A stretch of DNA of 64,000 nucleotides from a virus (Duplodnaviria > Heunggongvirae > Uroviricota > Caudoviricetes): IMG/VR virus record IMGVR_UViG_3300043105_000137; one strand, written 5' to 3'. Position 1 is the stretch's first letter. The number at the start of each line of letters is the position of its first letter. A program made the position numbers and the translations under genes. The notes below the pieces were generated by a model. That model was not told where the DNA came from. It did no database searches and saw nothing but the letters and a program-made list of their open reading frames with translations. This document shows, one piece after another, positions 55,628 to 63,471 of the stretch.

Positions 55628-55880
55628 AACTCTACACCTTATCCTGAAATCCAAATGGTATGAGATGATTGAGTCAGGAGTGAAAAGGGAGGAATACCGA
55701 GATGTGAAACCCTATTGGACAAAACGGTTAGACGATACGAATTACGATACTGTTTGTTTCCATAAAGGTTACACATCAGAAACCTTGACTTTTCAGATCA
55801 CTGACATCTCCATCAGAACCGGAAATCCAGAATGGGGAGCTCAACCAGATGTCCAATATTATGTAATCAGTTTCCAATGA
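55617..55880 (+). CDS. ASCH/DUF3850-like small protein (tentative)
   Basis: The start is at the ATGA overlap. The segment HLILKSKWYEMIESGVKREEYRDVKPYW resembles the ASCH-like beta-barrel signature. Confidence 0.35.
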   Translation: MNGKTLHLILKSKWYEMIESGVKREEYRDVKPYWTKRLDDTNYDTVCFHKGYTSETLTFQITDISIRTGNPEWGAQPDVQYYVISFQ

Positions 55881-56380
55881 TTCCCAGTAAAGAAACCATC
55901 GACCGTCTGATAAATTCTGTCCCAGACTCAGCCATCGAAATATTTGGTGAACTTAATGACAACTATAATAAGATTTCCAGTTGTCGTTGTGCTGACTTCT
56001 TCCTTCGTGGATTTGAAGATGATGAGGTAGTAGATGCCAATGAATGGTTGGTCACTTGTGTGATTGACCGGATGATACTGAAATCTGATGAAGGGGTGGA
56101 ACGATGGATGGAACAGGTTATCAGGGAAAAACAGGACAAAGGTTATGGGGACTTCACATTCATCAGGAAACGCATGCGGAAATACATGGGGAATGAAAAG
56201 TTTTGGATTATTACTGTGATCCTGGACATTGTTTCTGAGATAACCGAACCACATGACTTCCCTAATGTATGCAGTTGGTTGTTATTCCTCAACTACTATA
56301 ATATCTTGGATAAAATTAACGACGAACGAAAGTACGAAAATGAAAACAACCATACTGAAACGACTGAGAAAGGAAGCTAA
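55832..56380 (+). CDS. Hypothetical protein
   Basis: A 182-aa ORF. Confidence 0.4.
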   Translation: MGSSTRCPILCNQFPMIPSKETIDRLINSVPDSAIEIFGELNDNYNKISSCRCADFFLRGFEDDEVVDANEWLVTCVIDRMILKSDEGVERWMEQVIREKQDKGYGDFTFIRKRMRKYMGNEKFWIITVILDIVSEITEPHDFPNVCSWLLFLNYYNILDKINDERKYENENNHTETTEKGS

Positions 56381-56669
56381 GAAAAATGTAAAGTTAGTTC
56401 CTATCTCCGGTAACATCTATGACCCTCAACCTCAGTTTTGTGTCCGGATAAGATATAAGAATAAGAAATATTACCTTTCCAAAGAAATGAAATGGACAAG
56501 GGACTGTTTCGACCGATTCGACTTCTTTGAAATAGGAGCGGCTGTATTTTTGAATGAAGGTCGGAGGTTATATATATTAGAGTATATTGAAGACCTACGT
56601 GACGAAAGACGAAATGAGGAAAACAAAAAAATAAGAAAAAATATTATCAAAAAGTTGACATCTCTCTAA
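56340..56669 (+). CDS. Hypothetical basic protein
   Basis: The start was moved to the internal ATG (MKTTILKRLRKEAKK) to reduce overlap. The track starts at 56253. Confidence 0.35.
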   Translation: MKTTILKRLRKEAKKNVKLVPISGNIYDPQPQFCVRIRYKNKKYYLSKEMKWTRDCFDRFDFFEIGAAVFLNEGRRLYILEYIEDLRDERRNEENKKIRKNIIKKLTSL

Positions 56670-56672
56670 TTT

Positions 56673-56693
56673 TTTGTTATTATTATAATGTAA
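56673..56693 (+). promoter_or_regulatory. Class-2 conserved motif
   Basis: The sequence is TTTGTTATTATTATAATGTAA. Confidence 0.4.
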
Positions 56694-56772
56694 GATAAAT
56701 TAAACGACATCTTACAAAATCAAATAATTTTTTAATTTTTAATTTTAATTTTTTTAAAAACGTTATAGTATT

Positions 56773-57885
56773 ATGACGAAAAATTTCATTGAATCTGCAC
56801 AAGCAGTACATGGTGACAAGTATGACTATTCTAAAGTCAATTTTGTAAACACTAAAACTAAAGTATGTATCATCTGCCCTGAACATGGTGAATTTTGGAT
56901 GACACCGCAGAACCACTTGGAAGGCCTTGGTTGTCCAGCATGTCGAGAAAATCAGATCAACCTCGACAACCAAAAGGAACACACTGAGTTTATTCGCAAG
57001 ACCGAGTTGGAAATGGACAAATCCCAACCTCGTTTCGCTGACAAGATGACAACAACTAAGTTCATTAACCAAGCTCGACAAGTACATGGTGACAAGTATG
57101 ACTATTCCTTGGTAGAGTATGTAAATTCAAAAACCAAGGTATGTATCATCTGCCCTGAACATGGTGAGTTCTGGATGAGCCCGATAAACCACTTGAAAGG
57201 ACTTGGTTGTCCGGACTGTTGGCATAATAAACACCAAATGACAACAGATGAGTTTATTGAAGAGGCACGACGACTGCATGGTAAAAAGTATGACTATTCT
57301 AAAACCAAGTACGTAAACGCAAGAACTAAGGTATGTATCATCTGTCCAAAACATGGTGAATTTTGGATGACACCTAAAGACCACCTCACTGGAAAAGGTT
57401 GTGCTGTATGTCGAAACGAGAAACACAAACTGACACAGGATGAGTTTATTCGCCGAGCCAAAGAAATTCATGGTGACAAATTCGACTACTCTAAGGTGAA
57501 ATATGTAAACTCAAACACCAAGGTATGTATCATCTGTCCAGAGAATGGTGCGTTCTGGTCAACCCCACGACACCACTTGAATGGTTACACTGGACAATCA
57601 GTATCAAACCGAGCAATCAAAAGGTTCATCAATAACGCTGAGAAAGACTTCGACGAGAAACAGTCAGATGAAAACCCCATCCAAGCTGAGCGAGATCGTA
57701 AAATAAGTCAAGAGTATTTCATCAACATGGCCAAAGAAATTCATGGTGACAAATATGACTACTCTAAGGTGAACTATGTAGACATGAAAACTGATGTATG
57801 TATTGTTGATGTCGAACATGGAGAATTTTATCAATCACCTAAAGACCACCTTATGGGGAAAACGATTTCATTCGCACGAAATTAA
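56773..57885 (+). CDS. Protein with six tandem zinc-ribbon (DUF4379-like) repeats
   Basis: The unit HGDKYDYSKV.YVN..TKVCIICPEHGEFW..P..HL.G.GCP.C recurs six times. Confidence 0.5.
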   Translation: MTKNFIESAQAVHGDKYDYSKVNFVNTKTKVCIICPEHGEFWMTPQNHLEGLGCPACRENQINLDNQKEHTEFIRKTELEMDKSQPRFADKMTTTKFINQARQVHGDKYDYSLVEYVNSKTKVCIICPEHGEFWMSPINHLKGLGCPDCWHNKHQMTTDEFIEEARRLHGKKYDYSKTKYVNARTKVCIICPKHGEFWMTPKDHLTGKGCAVCRNEKHKLTQDEFIRRAKEIHGDKFDYSKVKYVNSNTKVCIICPENGAFWSTPRHHLNGYTGQSVSNRAIKRFINNAEKDFDEKQSDENPIQAERDRKISQEYFINMAKEIHGDKYDYSKVNYVDMKTDVCIVDVEHGEFYQSPKDHLMGKTISFARN

Positions 57886-57930
57886 TAGAACTTACTGAAT
57901 GAATTTTTAATATATTTTGGCATGACTAAT

Positions 57931-57990
57931 TTGGAGAATTGAATTTTTTCTTGTACATTTGTAGAGTAAATAAAATTCAATTCTCCAAAT
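57931..57990 (+). promoter_or_regulatory. Class-1 promoter whose -7 element sits in the loop of a 17-bp perfect inverted repeat
   Basis: The arms ttggagaattgaatttt...aaaattcaattctccaa are perfect over 17 bp. The loop carries cttgtacaTTTGtagagtaa. Confidence 0.5.
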
Positions 57991-58011
57991 TTTTCACAAT
58001 CAAACAATCAT

Positions 58012-58761
58012 ATGAAATTAAATGTAGGTGATAAAGTAAGAGTCAAATCTCAACAGTGGTATTTAGAGAACAGAGATACAAACACCAAACAAATCTCGAT
58101 AGGTAAGATTGAACTCCCCTTCTATTTCAAAGAAGACATGAGTAATTTCTGTGACCAAATCGTGACCATTAAAGATAAAATAGACTCAACTTATTTTACC
58201 ATTGAGGAAGATAACAACGTCTGGACTTCCGGTTGTTTCTCAGCTCTCGTTAATTTAGATGGAACTGAAACCCCTATCCTCGACCTAATTCAAATCCTTG
58301 GTAAATGTGAAGAAAATCAAGTCTTCTACTGTCCGATGATTGGTGATGTAGTTGTGGATAGTATGTATGGTGATTGCATATTCCTGAGAAAACCAAAACT
58401 ACCCGGAGAAGAAACAATCCAGAAAAACAAATACTATATCAACAACGACCTGATACTTCATAAAGATGGCACGTTTGATGAGGATGGTGAAATCATGTTA
58501 TTCCCCTCTAAACATAAAAGAGATTGGAATGACTTTAATCCTATTCCTTGGAGGGCTCAACGTTATGGTGTTTATTTCTATGTAAATGAAATAGGCAATG
58601 TGGTCGCTAAGAATGACTATGGTGATGACTTTGATGAGAACCAGTATAAAATCGGTAACTATTTCAGAGTATATGAGTCGGCCTGTCAATCACTATTCTA
58701 CTTCATGAAACATCCAGAGATTGGTCATGAAGATACCACAGAACGACATTTGAAATATTGA
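58012..58761 (+). CDS. Paralog family B member
   Basis: Carries the N-terminal repeat LNVGDKVRVKSQQWY...FCDQIVTI and the C-terminal module ...IMLFPSKHKRDW...YFYVNEIGNV...NYFRVYESACQSLFY. Confidence 0.5.
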   Translation: MKLNVGDKVRVKSQQWYLENRDTNTKQISIGKIELPFYFKEDMSNFCDQIVTIKDKIDSTYFTIEEDNNVWTSGCFSALVNLDGTETPILDLIQILGKCEENQVFYCPMIGDVVVDSMYGDCIFLRKPKLPGEETIQKNKYYINNDLILHKDGTFDEDGEIMLFPSKHKRDWNDFNPIPWRAQRYGVYFYVNEIGNVVAKNDYGDDFDENQYKIGNYFRVYESACQSLFYFMKHPEIGHEDTTERHLKY

Positions 58762-58802
58762 CGAAAATAAATCGTAAATCAGTATTCAGATATTGTTAGC
58801 TT

Positions 58803-58858
58803 TATTTAGCGGTTTTTATTTGGAGATGTCGAGAAAAACTTGTATCTTTGTAATGTAA
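58803..58858 (+). promoter_or_regulatory. Class-1 promoter, TTAGCGGTTTTTATTTGGAG subtype
   Basis: The sequence is TTTGG...TAtcTTTGtaatgtaa. Confidence 0.55.
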
Positions 58859-58892
58859 AACAAAAGAACATTGAAAAGATGATTGATAAAAG

Positions 58893-58958
58893 ATTTAACA
58901 AATTTTTAGCACTTAAAATTTGGTCAAGTCAAAAAAATCAAGTATCTTTGTAATGTAA
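58893..58958 (+). promoter_or_regulatory. Class-1 promoter cassette with the conserved leader
   Basis: A full cassette identical in layout to 22976 and 23366. Confidence 0.6.
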
Positions 58959-58996
58959 AAAGAAAACAAGTTTAACTCTCTAAAAAACAAAAAACA

Positions 58997-59329
58997 ATGA
59001 AACGCATGTTCTTAGGTCTTTCAATGATGGCCGCTTATAATCAACATATCATCAACGGTAATCTTGGTATCGCAGTTCTCATCCTTGGTGGTTTCCTTTT
59101 CGTCATGGGTTTCAGAAAAGTCAGCGAAGCCTACCGTAAATTCAAAAGCAACAAAGACAACGTTGTTTATGAAAATGGTACTACTACCTACAACATCGGT
59201 CAAGACAACTACTACAATTTCATCGCTACTGGTAATGTCAAAATCAATGACAATGTATATACCGACTTTAATGTAGTTGAAACTCCCCTCGAAAACGGTA
59301 CAACCAAAGTGGAACTCTTCCGTAAATAA
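58997..59329 (+). CDS. Small membrane protein
   Basis: A hydrophobic N-terminal segment is present. The gene sits behind tandem promoters and the conserved leader. Confidence 0.5.
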   Translation: MKRMFLGLSMMAAYNQHIINGNLGIAVLILGGFLFVMGFRKVSEAYRKFKSNKDNVVYENGTTTYNIGQDNYYNFIATGNVKINDNVYTDFNVVETPLENGTTKVELFRK

Positions 59330-59360
59330 TCGTCACGAAAATCGTCTAAAAAAATAAACA

Positions 59361-59705
59361 ATGGACAGAACTAATAACCACTTCAAGGTCGGAGACAAAG
59401 TAAAAGTCAAAGACCTATCATCTCTCTCTAAAGTTTGTCCCGGATATGATGAACCTCTGATTATCTGTGACCCTGATGAAGAAGATGAATTATGGTATCC
59501 TCCTTACTCCGACTTCGCTGGTAAAACAGTTGAAATAATTGAAGCTCGGTGGATCAGTGGCGAATCCAGAGACAACAAAGGTAATCCACTCGAAGAAGGT
59601 TACTGGGTTTATCTAATCAATGAAGATGACGGTATCCTTAACTGGTATGACCCCTATTTTGAACAAGAAGTCGTTACGAAAAATAATCGCTCAAAAAAGA
59701 AATAA
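59361..59705 (+). CDS. Hypothetical protein
   Basis: A 114-aa ORF. Confidence 0.45.
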   Translation: MDRTNNHFKVGDKVKVKDLSSLSKVCPGYDEPLIICDPDEEDELWYPPYSDFAGKTVEIIEARWISGESRDNKGNPLEEGYWVYLINEDDGILNWYDPYFEQEVVTKNNRSKKK

Positions 59706-59707
59706 TC

Positions 59708-60070
59708 ATGAATAAAATAGCTACCTCAATTCAACAATCTGAGTTTCTCCTATCTAAAGGTGTCCCTGTTGAAACTGCTGATATGTTCTACTCAGTAACA
59801 GGTAAATATCTCTTGGCTAAACAGGATTACTCGATGGGACCTGATGATATTCCCGCTTGGTCTCTTTCCGCCCTGATGGAATTACACAACGGAATCAGTA
59901 TTTCTTCAGAACCGAATTGGGAACAAATTTATGAAGGTTATGTGGACTACAGTGACCCGAAAACCACTGACGCCGACTTCCAAAAATGTAACGGTCTGAA
60001 TTTCGTTGATGTCGTCTTTAACTGCATCCGTTATCTTCTCGACAATAACATCCCACTGTCCAACATTTAA
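59708..60070 (+). CDS. Hypothetical protein
   Basis: A 120-aa ORF. Confidence 0.45.
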   Translation: MNKIATSIQQSEFLLSKGVPVETADMFYSVTGKYLLAKQDYSMGPDDIPAWSLSALMELHNGISISSEPNWEQIYEGYVDYSDPKTTDADFQKCNGLNFVDVVFNCIRYLLDNNIPLSNI

Positions 60071-60081
60071 CTTTCAGTGAT

Positions 60082-60369
60082 ATGGAAAACATTGATATCT
60101 CTCCATCACTCGTAGAGGTAAATGGTCACAAGTTCTATCCATACGATACCAAATCATGTCCAATCTGTGGCAATGATATGGAACTAATGGATTGTTATGA
60201 TGAATGTCTGTCCGGCCCAAGGAATAGATTTCAAGGTACTTCTTCTCCTTGTCTAACGTCGGCCAAAGTAACTAACCAACCACTTTATCAATTTTTCACT
60301 TATCGTTGCCCTCATTGTGTATCAGAAATAAAATATAAACTAAATGGAAACAGCTTCTACGACATCTAA
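60082..60369 (+). CDS. Zinc-ribbon hypothetical protein
   Basis: The cysteine pairs CPICGN...CPHC are present. Confidence 0.4.
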   Translation: MENIDISPSLVEVNGHKFYPYDTKSCPICGNDMELMDCYDECLSGPRNRFQGTSSPCLTSAKVTNQPLYQFFTYRCPHCVSEIKYKLNGNSFYDI

Positions 60370-60799
60370 TTTTTCCAACACCCCTAAACAATTCGACCTC
60401 ATCATTACGAATACGAAAGGCGAACATGGGAAAATTATGAATGTTGTCACTAAAAGATATAAAGGAGGATACCTATTCCTTTATGAATGTGTCTTCCTCG
60501 ATAAGTTTGGGTTCACATATAATGACACCCTCAATTATAATCAATTCAGACTGTTCGACCCGTTCTTGGTTAACTTCTACTCCAAGGATAAATTCAAAAA
60601 ACTCGAACAGACTCTATATGAAAATGGTTTAGTATCTCTCGATGACTGCATACTGTTCAAACCATCCCCTATTACTACTTCTGCTTCTACCGACGATCCA
60701 GTAAATCTAACCCCGGAAACAGACGCATGTAATGAACCGGAAACTAATTCAGGCATCACGATTAATATCAACATCGAAAACCTGACCATCAACCTTTAG
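60344..60799 (+). CDS. Hypothetical protein
   Basis: A 151-aa ORF. Confidence 0.4.
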   Translation: METASTTSNFSNTPKQFDLIITNTKGEHGKIMNVVTKRYKGGYLFLYECVFLDKFGFTYNDTLNYNQFRLFDPFLVNFYSKDKFKKLEQTLYENGLVSLDDCILFKPSPITTSASTDDPVNLTPETDACNEPETNSGITININIENLTINL

Positions 60800-61099
60800 T
60801 TTCCATCTGTGGTCTTTTCTTCGCACGACTTTTCGCCAAGTTTATGACCACCCTTATTTTGACCATCATTACATATGCTGACATAATCAGACCTTAAACT
60901 AATCATTACACAGTATGCTATTATTGTAAAATGTGCTAACCTAACTTTCTGAATATGTCACACAATCCCTTGGATTTCTTCTGAGGGATTGTTTTTTTGT
61001 ATTCTGACATTTTGTTACTATTTCCTGATTTTTACTTTCATTTTGACACCTCCTGAAGAAAAACTCAGGGGATTTTTTATAAGCATGTAAGTAAATCCC

Positions 61100-61830
61100 C
61101 TCTTTTACTTTCATTTTGTCATCTTAACCCAGTCCCCAGACTCAGCTGACCAGAACTCAACCCATATAACTGTCCATCCCCCTTCCTCAACTTAGCCCTC
61201 TTTACCATTCCTCTCCCTTTCCCTCACGATACGAATGACGAAACTACTACTCATCCACCCCCATATCTACCATACCGGATATATTAACCCCCAGATATAC
61301 ACCCCAGACTTCCAGATACCAGATTCCTCAACCCAGTAAATAACCCCCAGATACATATTAACCCTATTTCCTCTATTTTACCCTTTTTACTATACGAACG
61401 ATTTTACGATTTTTTCCATTTTTACCCCTTTTTTACTTAGCTAATTTTAAGACACATTTTTTCACTATTTTCCATGTTTTTCCCCTTTCTTACTTTTTAC
61501 CTCTTTTTACACTTTTTACCTCTTTTTTACTTAGCTTATTTTATTCCCCCTTTTTACCATATTTTACACTTTTTTGGAATTCTTGGAAATATGTGGAAAT
61601 CTGTGAAAACTACATTTCCGGCCTGTCCTGAGTTGGAGGGGTGGTTTTTCAAAGGAGTAAAATAAGCTAATTTCTGAGGGGGTAAAATAAGCTAATTTTG
61701 GGGTATTTTTAGGATATGTAAAAAAGACTAATTTTGGGGTATTTTTGGCCTATTTTGGGAGGGGGGTAAAATTAGCTAAAATTAGGGTTTTTTAGGGGGT
61801 ATTCAGAATCACTCAAAGAAGGCTAGAACT
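61100..61830. repeat. Repeat-rich, strand-skew-switching non-coding region: candidate replication origin or genome terminus
   Basis: The left part is C/T-rich with repeated AACCCCCAGATA(c/t)A units. At least 12 TTTTTAC(C) iterons follow. After about 61560 the + strand becomes G-rich, with repeated GTAAAATAAGCTAATTT and CTAATTTTGGGGTATTTTT units. Confidence 0.4.
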
Positions 61831-62027
61831 TGGCTCAGTAAATAAAAATAAATAAAAAATAAATTAAAATAAATTAAAAATAAATCGAAACAAATCTGAC
61901 AAAAATGAGTTAAAAAATTGGGTATATATTTTTGAATTTAATTAGCTCAGTATAAATAGATTACAAAAAAATTCGATAATAAAATATATAGATAAAAAAG
62001 ACATAATTTTACATTAATATTACAGAA

Positions 62028-62762
62028 ATGTTAAAAAATAATATGGGAATAAAAAATTGGGTTGAAAAAAGTGGGGGGGATGTCCGTTTTTGTTATGTTT
62101 TAAGTATGAATAGATTTTATTTTGATTTAAGGAAGGAAAACATCTTGAAGGAAGTAAGGGATGTTTTGAGTGAATTAGATCCTCGTTGTTTTGATTTTTT
62201 AGAATTTGACAAGCATTTTCTTAGGATATTGGATATGAATTGGAAAGAAGAAACAGATGTCAAATATAATAAAGATAATGAGAGTTATGAAGATAGTTAT
62301 GGTAATATGTCAGGGTATGAATATTACTGTAAGAATGCACCCTATATTGTAATTGTTTTATACAGTTATTATGGGGGTAATTTTTATGATTGGGGATATG
62401 GACAACGAGATAGGGAATATACTGAATGTCCTGAGTTAGCTGAGTATAGGGAACACATGAATAGTGATTGGCGAAGTATAATAGGAGGACATTTAGGTGG
62501 AGACACTGGATGTAGAGATAGAAAGGGAGAATTGATAGAGGTTGGAGATTTGGTATTTGAATATAATGTCAATAAATTACATAGAGTAGATATAGGGTTA
62601 AATGGTGAGGTTGTCGCAATAGAGATGATGACTGATGATGACTTATACTTAACGGGAATATGTAGTGATTGTATTATAGTAAAGAAATGGGATGAAATAG
62701 GCCAAGTAAAGAACGCAAGAGTAGATGAAGAAAGTTGTGAAAAAATTAGAGCTGGAATTTAA
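62028..62762 (+). CDS. Hypothetical protein (C-depleted coding block)
   Basis: A 244-aa ORF. The + strand is strongly purine-rich with very little C. Confidence 0.45.
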   Translation: MLKNNMGIKNWVEKSGGDVRFCYVLSMNRFYFDLRKENILKEVRDVLSELDPRCFDFLEFDKHFLRILDMNWKEETDVKYNKDNESYEDSYGNMSGYEYYCKNAPYIVIVLYSYYGGNFYDWGYGQRDREYTECPELAEYREHMNSDWRSIIGGHLGGDTGCRDRKGELIEVGDLVFEYNVNKLHRVDIGLNGEVVAIEMMTDDDLYLTGICSDCIIVKKWDEIGQVKNARVDEESCEKIRAGI

Positions 62763-63471
62763 GAGGTGGGGAAATTTGATTCCGCAGTATCATAAGGAGT
62801 ATGGTACAGGATTTCATAGTGCCCCTGTTGAGTGGGGTATTTATGCTTTTCCTCATGGTTTTGTAGAGAGTTTTTTATTAGGTGGAGTTGGGAGTGGAAA
62901 TATTGTGAATGGTCGACGGAAGTTTCTGAAAGATGAGAATGGGAAGAAGTTAAAGATACGACAAGTTGATTTATTTCATGAGTGGTTTGATGATAAGAAT
63001 CAGTATCACAAGGAATGGCGAGGAAAGTACAAGAAGTTATTTAAGGGGATAGATCCATATGATGTTAGTAGGTTTTGTTTAGATGAAGATACACAAACCC
63101 TAGGATGGGAGATGGGGAAGTCTTATGTTGAGAGTAGTTGGGTAATAGAGAATGAGCCGAGGACATTTAAGTATAGTGGAAATATATGGTGTCATTTTGT
63201 TGAAGTGGCGAAGCGGAGTGAGATATTGGCTGAGAGTGGAGGATGGATATTAGTAGATATACGTACCTATAAGAAATTATTGAAGAAATATTGTGACCGG
63301 ATAAAGTATGACAGTCACATATCAATAAATTACAAGTGGTATCGAGAGGCTGGGGTAGAATACAAGCCGAGAGGAAGGATTGGAGGATATCCTTTAAGTA
63401 ATATCAGTAAGGATTGGTTTGAGGTATTCATAGAAGATGTAACGAATAATAAAAAAAGGAAAAAGAGATGA
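62725..63471 (+). CDS. Hypothetical protein
   Basis: A 248-aa ORF that overlaps the upstream gene by 38 nt. Confidence 0.4.
   Translation: MKKVVKKLELEFKRWGNLIPQYHKEYGTGFHSAPVEWGIYAFPHGFVESFLLGGVGSGNIVNGRRKFLKDENGKKLKIRQVDLFHEWFDDKNQYHKEWRGKYKKLFKGIDPYDVSRFCLDEDTQTLGWEMGKSYVESSWVIENEPRTFKYSGNIWCHFVEVAKRSEILAESGGWILVDIRTYKKLLKKYCDRIKYDSHISINYKWYREAGVEYKPRGRIGGYPLSNISKDWFEVFIEDVTNNKKRKKR

Noticed and set aside
22962-58953. A 24-codon mini-ORF (MIEKRFNKFLALKIWSGQKNQVSL) inside the repeated class-1 promoter cassettes
   Set aside because: It is only present in cassette copies that include the upstream AAGATGATTGA segment. Nucleotide changes between copies are not biased toward synonymous sites. 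The conservation is better explained by DNA-level promoter function.
62725-62762. Possible programmed frameshift joining 62028-62762 and 62725-63471
   Set aside because: The 38-nt overlap has no slippery heptamer or downstream structure that could be recognised by eye. It is treated as two overlapping genes.
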